Shown piece by piece: positions 40,429-56,504 of a DNA stretch of 64,000 bases. Source of the DNA: Octopus sinensis (lineage: Eukaryota). Under the pieces are notes generated by a model. That model ran no database searches. It had not been told where the DNA came from and saw only the letters and a program-made list of their open reading frames with translations. The stretch is taken from contig NC_043004.1 of assembly GCF_006345805.1 (NCBI RefSeq), positions 91,326,001 to 91,390,000 of the forward strand, read 5' to 3'. Position 1 is the first letter of the stretch. The number at the start of each line of letters is the position of its first letter. The position numbers and the translations under genes are program-made.

Positions 40429-41196
40429 TATATACACACATATATTATACACATATATATATATACACACATATACATGTATATATATACATATAGTTTT
40501 ATATATATAGATATATGTATGTGTGTATATATAACATACGTATAAATAATATATATATATATATATATCTATATATATATACACACATAAGTAATATGTA
40601 TATATATATTATATATATATATATTTATATTTACATATACACATACGTATATATATAACATATATTATATATATATGTTATATATTTACATATATATATT
40701 ATATATATATATGTAAATAAATATATACGTATGTATATATACACACACATATATATATATTTATATATATACACATATATGTGTATATATATACATATGT
40801 ATATATAGACATATATATGTGTGTATATATATATACACACATATGTGTATATATATAGACATATGTATAAATATATATATGTAATACATATATGTATAAA
40901 TATATACATATGTATATACACATATGTATAAATATATACAAATGTATATGCACATGTATAAATATATACATATGTATACACACACACACACATATATATA
41001 TATACACCTACACATATGTATATACATATATGTGGATCTAAATATATATTTATGTATATATATATTTATATATATGCATATATGTATAAATGTATATTTT
41101 ATATATATACATTTTTTGTGTACATATATGATGCAGGTCTGTGTAATGTTTGCATCTATCTATCTAGCTATCTATCTATGTATCTATCTATCTGTC

Positions 41197-41245
<49 letters not shown>

Positions 41246-41273
41246 TATTATTATATATATATATAAATATATT

Positions 41274-41304
<31 letters not shown>

Positions 41305-41427
41305 ATCTATATATATATATATATACATACATATATATATATTATATATATAATAAATATATTTATATATATATATATTATTTTATATATTATATAAATA
41401 TATTATATATATAGATATATTTATATT

Positions 41428-41466
<39 letters not shown>

Positions 41467-42071
41467 CATAAGAGAGAGGGAGAGAGAGAGATACACGCCA
41501 TGCATACATATGTATATGAGTATACATACATATGTAGATATCTATGTATACATACATATCTATCTATATATCTATACACATACACACAGATATATTTATA
41601 CACACATATATATATATACATATAAATCTATGTTTTAAATATGTATCTATATATATATATACACACACACAGATATAGATATGTGTATGTTTATGTATAT
41701 GTGTGTGTGTATATGTATATGTGTGTATATATAGATACATATACACATACACATATACACACACAGACACATACACACACATAGACACATACAAACACAC
41801 ACAGAGACACTCACACACATACATATATGGATACCCCATGTATTGTATTGATACACGGCTTCAATCATACGTTTTTGTGTGTTGTAGAAATTAACCGTAG
41901 CCATTTTTGCTATTATCTAGAATATGGAAAAAAGAGTCAGAATTTTGATAGAAAAAGAACATTGTGCTTGAATAAATGAAAGACTGTTTTGTTATTGTTG
42001 ATTTTTGTTCATAGATAGAATTCAAAAAGTCTTATAAAAAACGTATCTTCTAATTTACATACGTACTCCAA

Positions 42072-42116
<45 letters not shown>

Positions 42117-42247
42117 CATACATTATATATTTATATATATATACATACATACATATATTATATACATATATGTACATACATTATATATATATGCATATAT
42201 ATATATATGCATATTTATATATGCTTACTTTTATATGCATATATATA

Positions 42248-42294
<47 letters not shown>

Positions 42295-43431
42295 TTATAT
42301 ATACACATATATTGCCTGAGGGAATTGAAAGTTTGTTGGGGGTGGTTTGTGTTTGTAATATACATAAAATTATGTAATATACATAAAGTTATATAACTTT
42401 CTTTTGTTGTTTTACAATGCTCTGTGCACATATATTCAACAAGGTGTGTTTCTTTCTTTGAAAAAAAATGGATTTTCATTATTATTATTATTATTATAAT
42501 AATAATTATTATTTTTGTTATTACTATTATTATAATTATTATTATTATCATTATTATTATTTATTCTTTATATCATTATTGTATGTTCTTTTTTTACATG
42601 GATGCAGCAAAAAAATATCAACGTTTATTTCGAATATATCTTTTTGCTTGTTTTATGCATGTTGCGGGAACTTTTGCTTTTCTGCTTGTGAAATATACTT
42701 TTCGCTGGCTGTTTTGTTCAAAAATCGCATTGGAGGTGGTCGTGAGAGTCTTTTTTTAAAATCTTTCTTCTTTATTTTTGTTTGATTTTTGGCTTGTTTT
42801 TGTTTTTATTTCAAAATTGAAATAATTGTTCTTTTTGCAAAAATTCCATGTAAAATCATTTTCATTTTCCAGTTTTTGCCTTCACCCCTTTCACCTTTTC
42901 ATGTGGGCTGCTAGTAAGAAATATATTTAGTTCAGGGTATATGGAAGTTTTGTTAATCATTTTTTCAAATGTAGCTGAAAAATAATCACAAAACCCACAA
43001 AATATGAACATGAAGTAAAGAAAGAAAGAAAACTAACATGTGGCAAAATATGGAATCCTCCAAAGTAGTTTTTATCTAATTTTTAAATATTTTCCCTTGT
43101 ATTCCCTTCAATATTTAACCCATCCCATGCATTTGATTTTACCAATAGACAAAGTCTTTATATGAATGATACAATATATTTAAAATTTAAACTTGAATTT
43201 GAATAAAACTTTTGGTTTGAAATTTCTATTTGACTAATAAAAACTGTTTTCAGTGATTTTGTTTCAACAATTTAGGGGTAAACTGTACACATACATGAAA
43301 TTATCAAGGGTTGCTTGTTTCAAATTTTTTTTCCCCAAAGTAACAAAGAAAAAATATTTAAGAAAATGGAGAAAAATGAAGTAATTTGTGCAGATATTTT
43401 CATATATTAAAACAAGAAAGTATCAGTAATA

Positions 43432-43489
<58 letters not shown>

Positions 43490-43768
43490 TACATATGTGT
43501 GTGTGTGTGAATTTTTTTCTTTATATTGTGATAGAAAAAACATAAACTACACAATACACCCATTGCTGAGAAATGTGGCAGAGTGTTAGATACATTTGCC
43601 ATATGAAAAGTATAAAGAGCGCTGCATATTTCAACATAATATTCAGTTCAACCAATGTGTGATTGTATATCTGTGTGAGGGTCAACTTTAACCACGAAGC
43701 AGTTGATATGTCTGGTTGGCCAAAGCAACAATTTGAAAAACATGTTGATGTATGTATGTGTGTGTATG

Positions 43769-43820
<52 letters not shown>

Positions 43821-44132
43821 TTTATACATATATATGATATATATATACATGCATGCACATGCAAATGTATTATATATATATATACATATTAGTTATATTT
43901 ATATATATATGTATATATATATATATATATACACATACATAGATATATACACGCACATATATACATATATATGTATATATATATATACACACACATATTC
44001 ACATATACATACAAACTATATATATATACATATGTATATATATATATATATGTATTTACATACATATATGTGTGTGTATATATATATATATGAAATATAT
44101 AATACTGTATCAATACTATATTATTATTCTAC

Positions 44133-44171
<39 letters not shown>

Positions 44172-44473
44172 CTGTGTGTGTATAGATTATAAAAAAGTTT
44201 TATCAATAATGTATGGGTGGTTCTTTGCATCAGGCATAAGAGAAGTTTTCTTTTCATTTTTCATTTTAAGACAGAAATAAGATACAGCGCTGCTCATGCC
44301 TTTCCAACAGAAGGCAGTTTACAGCTTTGGAATTGGGAAATGAATCAGAGAATTAGTAAAGGAAACTTTCATCTCTGTATGCATGCACTTATAGACATAT
44401 ACGCACACATATATGTATGTATATGTATACTTTACACACACACACATAAATGATATACATATGCTGTCATACA

Positions 44474-44530
<57 letters not shown>

Positions 44531-44560
44531 TATATATATATACAAGCATATATGAACTGT
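37900..44560. repeat. Multi-kb region dominated by degenerate (TA)n/(CA)n/(TATG)n microsatellites
   Basis: Directly visible; explains the poly-IY/HT/CV ORFs. Confidence 0.95.
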
Positions 44561-45771
44561 ATATGAGTATCTAAAAGTAATCCATAACCAAGCATGTCTG
44601 ATGTATCCCATGAAACCATATCAGTAATGAACGCTGTAGAAATGTTGAAATATTAATGAGTATATGTCATGGTATTGACAAAGAAGTTTGTATATAGATT
44701 AGAGTATCTGAGAAATGGTTTTCTTGAAAATATTATCGCTAATTAACAAAAGGGAAATGAAAAAAAAATTATAAATCTGAGCAGGTTTTGAAAATTTATA
44801 CCTACAGATGTACATACATGCATACATACATGTATATATGTATGTATGTTTGTGTGCATTTGTGTACACACGCACACACACACACACATAAATATATGAA
44901 TGACTATGTGGGCCCATGTAATTTTAATGTCTGAATGCACATAAATTAGTAAGTACTGCTCTGTTTGCATATTTGTTTGCGTATATGTCTGTGTGTGTGT
45001 AGGGTGAGAAAGAGAGAGATAAATAGACGCACAAAAACAGGCAGGCATCAGAAAGACATACAATCAGATAAATAGATAATTATCTAAATACAAGCACATG
45101 AAAACTTACAAAATATATATTTGTTTCTGTTAATGTAATGTTGTCTTTGATATGAGGGCTTTCTAATCCATACTACTTATCTTTAGTATGATGGCTTGGA
45201 GCATGTAAAAGATAGCACATGAGGCTATCACATCTATCAACATTCCCAGATGCTTTTGTGCTACTTATTGATGTTAAGGGTCTGATGAGCCGAAACAATC
45301 TACAATATAGTTGCTTGTTCAAAAACACAATAGAGATGAAGCGAAGTAACCCCCTCTAGGATAGTACACCAATCTGTCACTGACACTTTAATGACTGATC
45401 CTACCAAGAACTAAGATAACACTGTCAAAGTGAATTGTTTTAAAAACAAATCCATCTCCTATTCCTCTCAAGAGTCAGATGCACTAAAGTAATATAGAAG
45501 AAAGTGTATTCTGTCCCAGAAACACAACAAAATGCATCAGCAATTTTGTTTACCACATTTCTGTTGAAATACACTGCCCTTTGCTTCAATTTGAAAATAA
45601 TGAAAAATTTAATAAAATAAGTTTGCCATTATTAAGCTGGTATTTGGAACATAAATAAACATGAGATTTTGATGGAAAGTGTTAATTTAGGTCACTTTAA
45701 AACAGAAAGTTTGTATTTTAGAACCAGAAACATTTCCAGGCATCCAGGCAGTTGGTATTAAAATGGTTTAA

Positions 45772-46044
45772 CCCTTTCATTACCAACCCGGCCAAAACCG
45801 CCTCTGGCTCTGTAGTACAAATGTCTTGTTTTCTTAAGTTTTGAATTAAAATCTTCCACCAAACCTTAGTCACATTTCATGTTCCTAACACTAGCTTAGT
45901 TATGTTTGATGATAATCAATCATTATTGTTAAATTTACCTTACTTTCTCTCCAAAAACTAAGTTATTTTACTAAATTCTTTGTAATATTTAAAATAATTG
46001 AAAGAAACACAGAGCATCTCAACATAAATAAGGTAATGAAAGGG
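45772..46044. mobile_element. piggyBac-type MITE, 273 bp
   Basis: Perfect 13-bp TIR CCCTTTCATTACC / GGTAATGAAAGGG with TTAA TSDs (45768-45771, 46045-46048). Confidence 0.9.
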
Positions 46045-46619
46045 TTAATAGATTTGAACTTAAAGCTGATGACCCAATTGTCAATACTGCATCCATACGG
46101 CCATGACCTTTGCTTACATTTGTTTCAAATCTCTAATTATATGTTATGCCATACCATGATCTGTCAATCACTTTATACTTCCAATATGTTATGGAATTGA
46201 GAACAGGTCAATCAGCTACGCAATATAGGTTATATCAAGCTCATTATATCAAGCCTTATAGAAATAAACAACCTGCATAAATGTCTATTGAGAAGTGTCA
46301 TAAACACCTCACAGAAATGTCTTAAAGCCATTATGAAAATATCATAATTACAACAAAAGTGTCACAAACTAAACTACCTATGTTCATTATCAGCAGTCAG
46401 AATCCTGCATCATTCAGGAATTCAATGCTTTCAGAAATTCATTGACACCTTTCCTAATACGCTGATGTATTCTTTTCTTTTTATGACTCTTTTACTGTTT
46501 GTTATGCTATCTTAAGTTTTACACTGAGTACTAACCATGTATTTTTGGCTATCATTGCTGATTTTCTGTCCTTTGCCAATTGCTTCTTTCTGTCCCTTTT
46601 ATGATGAGTTGCAGTTCAT

Positions 46620-47085
46620 CTGAGTACAATATACAATAAGTTCATAGAAATATCACATACAATTTATTGAAGTGCTTTACAGATATGTTATAAATACCTA
46701 CAAAAATGTTATAAAACTTCTAGAAGTATCATAAATACTTTATAAAAATGAGATGAATACCTAATTGAAAAGTCATAGGCACCATTACAGAAGTACCATA
46801 AAGCTTTAGAGAAGTATTGTTAAGACTGTATAAAAATGTAATGAATTCTATTAGGGAAATGTTGCAAACAGCATTATGGAAATGTCATAACTAGTATCAT
46901 AGAAACATCAGAGAAATGTCATAAAAGCTTTCCAAAAGATGTCATAAACACCATTATAGCAATCTCATAGAAATAATTGCAACAATAGATATGTCATAAA
47001 GAGCATTATAGAAATGTCATAAGCAGCTTCTTGATGTGTCATAAATATCATTGGGATGTCTTAAGCACCCTATAGAAGTATGATA
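46620..47085. repeat. Degenerate minisatellite, about 21-23-bp unit (CATTATAGAAATGTCATAAA-like)
   Basis: Recurrent AGAAATGTCATAAA variants; further units at 46255-46370. Confidence 0.75.
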
Positions 47086-47316
47086 TGTAAGAGTATGAAC
47101 AGGCTTTTTTGGAGAGAAAGTAAGGTAAATTTAACAATAAATGATTGATTATCATCAAGCATAACATCATTTATTGGTTTTGTTGCTGTGTACCAGTTCT
47201 ATCAGTTTGTCACTATCAATGACTGTTTGAACAGAAAGTTTGAGTTATAAAGAGAAGGAAGTAAAAGAAATGGGTGAGAAAGTGTGTGCATATGTATCTC
47301 TCTCTCTCTCTCTCTC

Positions 47317-47363
<47 letters not shown>

Positions 47364-48674
47364 ACAATTTAATAAATAAAACATATGCATACATACATAC
47401 ATATATATATACATACCTACATCGACATGCATATATGAGTACAGGACACCACAAATAAACGTAGAACACAACGAGAAACGAAAACATAAAATCAAACAAG
47501 GAAACAGACTTTTTTTTAACAACGAAAAAACAGAGTACAAGACAAACAATACAAGGAATATTCCCCTTCATCAGCTGCCCCTGTTTCGACTCAATGCGTG
47601 TTTCGTAGGTAAGGGCAGAACACGATCCTGCAAAATGAATTAAATAAAATTCTTTTGCAGAGGAGTAAAAAAGTGACAAGAACAGGACATAAAAGCAAAT
47701 ATATATATATCACCGTGATCACCGTGACTGACCAGGCCATCAGATGTTGTTACACATCGCTGGTCACAATGCGCTTCGCATTGTTTTAGCCTTCAAATGA
47801 TGCCACCCCGCTGGCTAAGCGAGCAGGCCAAATATATATATACATATACATATATTGGTTGTAACATGTTAAAGCAATAAAATTTGTTCTATCTTGTATT
47901 ATACCTACTGCATATAAAAATGTATTTTTGTGCACTATGTTTTTATAATAGATACTTAAAGATCCTATTATTATCATCATTAACAATGTTGTGTCATTGT
48001 AGATTGAGATTTTGTGTTCAGCTGAGCTAACATTTGCAATAACGCCCATTAATTTGCCAACCACCTGTTTTTTTTAATTCACATGATGAAATTAGAAGTT
48101 TCTTTTCTATGCTAAATAAATTAAAAAGAAAGCATAGCATATGAGGGGTTTCAAGCTACCAAAAACACACAAACACATGCTTCTACATATGTATAAATGT
48201 GTACATGTGTGAGCATGTATGATGTATTTCTATTTCTCTCTCTTCCTGACACACACACACACACACAAATATACACACATACACGTAAAGAATTCGGCTA
48301 TCAGAGTTCCAGAGATGTTGAAACCAGCTACGTTATAGCTGATGAGGCATTATGAATGAAATATAAAATATGCCCTTAGGACCGGGTCACGAGTCAAATT
48401 TAACACACTAGAATAAATAGTATAAATTTGTCTACAGTGATGAGAAAAGAATTGAAATATACATGGTAGGGTTCCTCTTTGGAGAACAGTCAATTGTGGA
48501 ATGATATTTTGCAGTCATGATCCACCACACCCTCTATTCAGTTGCAGAATTTTAAAGTTCTGACATCTGTTCAAACTGAGCAACAGAAACAATAAATTTG
48601 GAAATACATTTACATAAATCATACATTTAAAAAATAAATTCCATACACAATATACTCTCTCTCTCTCTCTCCCT

Positions 48675-48872
48675 TTAACTCTTTTACTTGTTTCAGTCAT
48701 TTGACTGCGGCCATGCTGGAGCACCGCCTTTAATCGAGCAACTCGATCCCGGGACTTATTCTTTTGTAAGCCCAGTACTTATTCTATTGGTCTCTTTTGC
48801 CAAACCGCTAAGTAATGGGGACATAAACACACCAGCATCGGTTGTCAAGCAATGCTAGGGGGACAAACACAG

Positions 48873-48909
<37 letters not shown>

Positions 48910-49016
48910 CATATATGCGACGGGTTTCTTTCAGTTTCCGTCTACCAAATCCACTCACAAGGCTTTGGTCGGCCCGAGGCTATAGTAGAAGACACTTGCC
49001 CAAGGTGCCACACAGT
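48675..49016 (-). mobile_element. SINE of the 1935 family, 5'-truncated
   Basis: Reverse complement of 1935-2322. Confidence 0.85.
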
Positions 49017-50527
49017 ATATAAATACTATGTATTTATATAAACATATGTATTTACATACATGTCTGAATAGGACACATGCACATACACACATCTTTATAT
49101 TGTTAGGCCATATATTACTGGTCATGTCATATAACTGATCAGAATGTTAACATTGATTTCATACTGAATATTGAATCAGCATGAAACCAGAGGTAATACT
49201 GTGACCAATGACATGTCATAATCAGTAATGTATATTTTGAAATATAATATACCTACTCTATTACATGTTACTGAGTGTGCCCATAAAGCAACACCAATCC
49301 ATGTCTGAATATTAATGATCCAAGTAATTCAGTACTTAACTCCAATTTCTATAGTGACTGATGTATAAAACCCTCTCTCGTATATTTATCTGATATGCAT
49401 TATACCTTAGAATTCAATTAAACACCCAGTGGGTTTTGACTTCATATAGACTGGAGGTTGTTCTTACTTGCAGTGAGACATATAATATATACTTATGCTG
49501 ATATGTGTATGTGTATATATATATATCAATTGAGTCACCTCTCATTTGTAACACCTTCCTTATATTCAAATACTGAAATAATCAAATCCTTATTTTTTCT
49601 CAATGAGGTTCTAAATATATACAACTGGAGGTATTTGATGAAAAAGGTAATATATACAATTACCAAGCATATGATACAAGTGAATACAAACACACAGTTT
49701 TCAGTGATAATGGCAATACTAGCACTACTACTAATGATAAGGATTTCTTTTAATAAGGATATTTGTCTCTAATTTAGGCAGAAGGCCAGGGGAGGAAATT
49801 AGACAACACTGTTAACCTCCACTATATGACTGGTATTTTATTTTATTGATCTCAGAGGGATGAAAAGCAAAGGTGATCTCCACAGGATTTGAACTCATAA
49901 TGTCTGATGAAATATTGTGAAGCATTTTTCTGATGTTCTAATGATTCTGCCAACTCACCACCTGATGCAAATGATGATGATGATGTTGATGATAACTATA
50001 ATAATTATTAATTGCTTCAAATTTTGGCACAAGGCCAGTAATTTTGTGGGGAGGATGTTAGTTGATTACATCAACCCCAATTCTTAATTTATACACTATT
50101 TTATTGACTCCCCCCACCCCAAGGCAAAGTTGACCTCAGCAGGATTGAAGTTAATCACAAAAAGTTCCAGAAGAAATGCTGCTAAGAATTTTGTTTGACA
50201 CACTCATAATTCTGCCTTATGATGATTATAATAATAAAAACAATAATGATTTGTATATTTGGCATAAGGGCAAAACAAATACAAAACAGTAAAATACATT
50301 AGGGTAGCATAATCATTTAAGTGTATATAAAAAAAAATAAGTGCACAAAAAGACATAACATGAAATATATATATACACACATGCACACTCTTACATCTAT
50401 ATTTGTATTGAAATACATTCCTGCAAGGTCATAAATTTAAATTTAAAAAAAAATGATCTACATAAATAATGTACTGAATTTTTAATAAGTTCTAATTTGA
50501 GAGCTACACTGAACATATATGTATGTG

Positions 50528-50560
<33 letters not shown>

Positions 50561-50690
50561 ATGCATGTGAGTATGTGTGTATATACATACATTCACACAA
50601 ACATATCTAGATATACATGATGTATATATAGGACCCGGTGATATATATAATGCATGTTATATATATATATAGATAGATATAGATATGATG

Positions 50691-50724
<34 letters not shown>

Positions 50725-53700
50725 GTGAGAAAGAAAAGAAGAGAAAGATAGATAAAAGAGAGGGAGAGAGATGTATGTGGTCACATTAATTTTTAGTACA
50801 AATTATGTCTGAATGTAGGTTAATTAAAAAGCATTCCAGAGCATAAATGCTTGAACACACACACAAATATTTAGAAGGCTGGATAGCATATGTAAGATAT
50901 TATTATTATCATTATTACCACTACTACTACTACTGTTATATTAATTAAATGATATGTTATGTAATAGATATTAGTGATATATTTGACAAGATGAGAGGGC
51001 AAGAGACCTGAATGCATGGAGACAGGAATAATATATATATATAATATATATCTCATTGATTCAGAAAAAATATTAAATATCTGAGGCAGAAAGAGCTTCA
51101 GATTTGAGTTTCTTGCAAAATTGTAAGGGAAATTATTTTGGTCTTCCTGTGAACATTAGATTGCAATCTTTTAAAAACCATCTGATACCTAAGACCATGT
51201 AAAGCAATCAAACTCAAAAGACAGGTAAACATGCACACACGTGCACACACACATACACACACACACACACACACAAACACACACATACACACACACACAC
51301 ACCACCCTTCAATGAAGACTGCATGCTCGAAATATATAAATGCATTCAGGGAATGTTTGAAAAATTCCAGTTTCACAGGGACATATTTTTCAGCCTGCTA
51401 AAGGTTGAAAATAATTTCCAAGTTGATTTCAAAGAAAATTCATCTGAAACATGGAAATTGCTGTTTCTGACTTAGTAATTCAATATGTATCTCTCTGAAT
51501 CAATAACAGCTCACCACTATATATCTCGTGTTTAAGTGTGCTTATATTTTTGACTTACCAACTAACAATCACTATATATATATATTATATCCAAGTTGAC
51601 AGTTTACTCTGAGTTCCAATTTTAGCTGGGCTGTTTATGATAGAAGTGAACAGCCCAGCTGAATGTAAAACTCAGAGAAGACTATCAACTTTCATGTTAT
51701 AAAGATATATCTAGCCAGTCTTTCCAACATATTGAGTTCTATTTCAGATAATGTTTGCACAATGTAAAACATATTCATGATATATTTTACTACTGGTACA
51801 TTTATAAATACATACATATATACATACACATATATATACATATATGTATACACACACACATATATATATCAATACACACATACATATGTACACACACATA
51901 TATATTTGAAACTTTAGTTTTTAATGAAATCTATATTTTCTGTTTTGTGTATTGAGTACATTTTCCTATTTGCTAAAACAAATGTCTATCAACCCATATG
52001 TATACATACATATATATGTAAGTCAGAACTGCTGGAGGTAGCTGTATCTACTAATATAGTTGTGCTCAGGTGAATATTTAATAAGACAGAGCACCTAGCG
52101 ATAACAGAAACTGCTAAAACAACTATTACATTGCTAGAGAGAGTAGATACATCTTACGTGTGAAGTACTTCATATTAGCTGACTGCTACAAACATCCTCC
52201 TCGGCTTCCATCCACTGTATCTAACCATAAAAATACTAGGTGTCATGATTTTTATCATGTTTGTTTGCTTGATGAATTAACTAGTTGTTTCAGAGCCCTG
52301 TACTCTAATAACCTAGAAACTACTGAAGCTAATAACATACAACTTATGCATTTACATCTACTGAGCAAACTAATTTTTAAAGTTTGTTTTTATATCTATT
52401 AAGTTATTTGGCTTTAAATTATGTTGTCGTTTTCTGTTGAATTTAAGGAACACTATGATTTAATATACAATAAGTGAATTAAAAAGAAATCTGTCAACAC
52501 ACATCTAGATGCAAGATAACACAATATCATTTGCATATTGATGGTTATAAGGGTTATTTCATGCTTCCCAAAATTTGCCAACAATATTCTTGAAGTGTCT
52601 ATGCACCCTTTTCCCCTTACGGCTCTTTTACTGTTCCCTTTTTGTGTACTGTGCATGTACTTTTGGCTATCATTGCTGTTTTCCTATCCCCCCTTATACC
52701 CTTTTTCCTGTGAGTTGTAGTGTACCTAAGCACGATATAGAATAATCTCATTTGTTATCATTTTTATCATATATCAAGAAATATATTCACACACATGAGT
52801 ACATAACAACACAATATTGTCCTGATATTGTTGGCGATAAGTGTATATAATATAAAATATTATAATATTTACCAAATATCAAAAAAATATATTTACACAC
52901 ACAACACATTGTCTTTAGAAACTAATCAATGTGTCCTTACATTTTTTAAGATGGTAAGGGTATGATGAATGAAATTCAGCTACTATTTCTAGCATGTTAA
53001 ACAAACAAGTGTATAGTCCCTAATTTACTTGAGATATTGGTGGTTTTCATAGTTTAGCAGTATAAAATATATTCCCATTCTGACCAAACATATAGAGAAA
53101 TACATTCACACATGGGTGTACACAAACACAGTTACTTTCAGATATTTCTCTTTATAATAATTCTTTTTAATTTTGGACTAAGGCCAGGAGAGGGGGTAAT
53201 TTGATTACATTGACTCCAGCACTTGATTCATACTTTATCTTATTGACCCTGAAAAGAGGAATTGCAAAGTTGACCATGACAGGATTGAAACTCAAAACAT
53301 AAGGAGTCAGGAAAAATGCCACTAAGTATTTTGTCCAACCCACTGATAGTTCTGCTAGCTCGCCATCTTGATTTTGGGTTATAATAATAATTACTAACAA
53401 GGGAATAAGGTTACAGTTATTAGGGTATGAGAACAGTTGGCATTTATTCTGTTGACTATCAGTAAGAATTTGAATCTAGAAAGTGAAGAGATGGAAGTAA
53501 ATACTGCAAAGCATTATGTACAATGCTCTAGTGATTCTGTCACTAGTTACCATATATCAGTAGTTATAATATAGTGTCTATAATAGGGTATTTGGCTAAA
53601 ACAATAGTTATTTGTCTAAGATACATTCAAATGCTGATCAGTCAATCATGACTTTAACTTCTTTCAGCCAGAGATAGTGACCATGCTGGGACACTTCTAT

Positions 53701-55418
53701 TAAATGCTAATAGTGTTTATGTGGTGGGTATCAAATCCAGGCTGCCTTGCCGAAAGCCAGGAACCCTAACCTCTTGACCACTCATTTATTTTATATATAT
53801 TGTTCCATGTTAACATGGTTCAAGAAATAAATTATTGAGATGTTGTTTTAGAGATGGATGCCCTTCCTGTTGCTAACTATTCTCTGTTATTCAAGTAATG
53901 GACTTTTCATTTCACTTGTTTTCAAAAGAGCAAAGTTATCAGACAATTTGTTGACTGAGAAATGGCAATAAACAACATTGTCCATAGTTCAGTTCAGCTC
54001 AAAACAAATATTCACACACGCACATAAATGTGTGTGTGCATGTGTGTGTGTGTGTTATATGGCAGGCTTTGTACAGTCTCCATCAATCAAATTCATTTGC
54101 AAGGTGTTGGTTGGCTTAGCGCTTATAGTAGAAAGCACTTGCTCAAAGTGCCATGCAGTGAGATTGAACCTGAAACCACATAGTAGCAAAGCAAACTTCT
54201 TAACCATACAGCCATGGCTGCATCTGTGTATATAGAAGAGAATTTGTGTCTTGTTTTTCATTTGTTAATTTTTTTGGTTAACATTGGGTAAAACATTTCT
54301 TCTGAATATATGGATAGGTGTATATCTAAGATTATCCCAATTATAATTCTCAGCTGTACAAGTTTCGATATTTAGAGAGCAATATATATTCTTTCATGAC
54401 AGCTCAATAAACACATGTCTAAATACAATTGCATGCATAAAGCTTATATGTGAAATGTACCAACACATATAAAAACTCTCCTTAATTGAAGTGGTTGACA
54501 TCTTTCCTTTGCAGAAAAAAGTGAGAGAAAGGCAAAGAAGAGATTGGGTGAGGGAACTATTTTTACCTTAACTAATGTTAAAGAAGCTTGAATGAAATAT
54601 AGATCAAAATGAAACCGATGACCCAGTTTCCAGTGATTTGATAATGCTAAAAGTAATGATTTCTAACAGGCAAAATTTGGTAGGATTATTGTCTGTTGAC
54701 TGGCTGGTACTGACTTGAGAATAATGAAAAGTGAAGTCAACATTGGTCAGATATTAATTGAAAATGAAAAAGGAAGGCTAAAAAAACAACAAAAGGCATG
54801 TTGTTCAACACTATACCAATTCTGACATTCTAACATCCTCAGAATAACAATAATATTGATTTCAAATTTTGGCAAAGGGCAGCAATCTTGGGGGAGGAGT
54901 AAGTCAGTTACATCAACCCAACTGTTCAACTTGTATTTATTTTATTGACCCCTAAAAATGATGAAAGGCAAAGTGGACCTGGCAGAATTTGAACTTAGAA
55001 TGTGAAGACAGAGGAAATGCTACTAAGCATTTTGCCCATTGTGCTAACAATTCTGCCAGCTTGCTGCCTTCAGAATAATAATAATATTAACAATAGCAAA
55101 AGCAATAATAACAATATCAGTAACAATAGTGGTCTCTGATTTAAGATACAAGACCAGCAATTTTAAAGGGAGGAGATAGTCAATACTATTGACCTCAGCA
55201 TTTGATTGGTAATATATGCTATTAATTCCGGAGGGAAGAAAGGCTAAGTTGACCTCAGCTGGAGCTGAACTCAGAAAGTATAGGGTCAGAGAAAATAGTT
55301 AAAGGCATTTTCTCAGATACTCTAATATTTCTGCTAATAATAATTTTCATTGGTACTAGGTACATACTAAAATGGAAACAATAATGTATATTGGTGTTTG
55401 GTTGTGTGTATGTATGTT

Positions 55419-55453
<35 letters not shown>

Positions 55454-55852
55454 GAATGTATGTATGCATGCAAAATAAAATATGTAAAAATGCCTGTAAT
55501 GCTATAAAATGAATAGATACACTGTATGATCACCCATACACATACACATATAAACACATTGCATATTATATTACATATATGTATATATGTATAAATATAT
55601 AAATATATTATATATTATAATTTAGGGTTTCTAAGAGATACCACCACGCTGGAAATAGCAGCCAAAACTTGACTCTAAAACCACATTACCTTTGAAGGTT
55701 TTTATTCCCATGCTGGCCACCTGATAAGATCGGTATTTAAATAATCATCTTATCCTTATTTATATAAATATATTATATATTATATAGATATATGTAAATA
55801 TATACATTTGCATAAATCTGTACATGTACATACAGGTATGTACGTACATATG

Positions 55853-55892
<40 letters not shown>

Positions 55893-56504
55893 CATACGTA
55901 CATATACACACACATATATAATGGTAATGTAACTGCTCAGACTTTAAATTCAAGTAACATTAAACATTGTAACTTACTCTACTCTGCAGAAAAAAAAGAA
56001 ACAAAACAAAAGAATCTATAAAAACAAACAGGTTTAATAGCAAATTTGAGAGAGAGAACACAGTCATAATGTTGCATAACTAGTAGTATGTTTACATGGT
56101 TAGTGACAGTGGTTTGTGGTAAAGTTAGTACCAGTACTATCTACCAGGCATTTTAAAACTCTTAACAATCAATACACACATGCACACATATATATCATTT
56201 AGCATAGTGATACTAATAACCTGGTGCTTAGAACTCAATGTACATATGCTTTAGAACAAAGTATCGGTCAAGTACAAAGTAGTAATAAGAAATTGTCATG
56301 AACTTTATTATCTTGAAGCTGCTTCAGCTATAAGATGCAATGCACTCATAAATTGAATGCTTGTGTATCACCCGATAACTTCATTGGAGCTTCAAACATG
56401 AAGAGCACTTCATGACTGAAGAAACAGCTGTAAGCTATTGAAGTTCATGAAATAATTTCTTATTGCTTTGTCATTTTAATTTCTTATATATATATATATA
56501 TAAT

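Noticed and set aside
37929-44549. Dozens of ORFs rich in IY, HT or CV dipeptides (also at 17-18, 26-28 and 58.8-59.4 kb)
   Set aside because: They are translations of (TA)n, (CA)n and trinucleotide microsatellites that lack stop codons; there is no coding signal.
45275-45335. CTGATGAG-CC-GAAAC minimal hammerhead core
   Set aside because: No stem I complement follows a plausible cleavage site; at best a decayed remnant.
46410-46620. Related segments at 46.4-46.6 kb and 52.5-52.7 kb, and 20.5-20.8 kb, as possible exons
   Set aside because: They contain stop codons and faint RT-like motifs (GKGCID, YLGQI); most likely very old LINE debris, too degraded to annotate.
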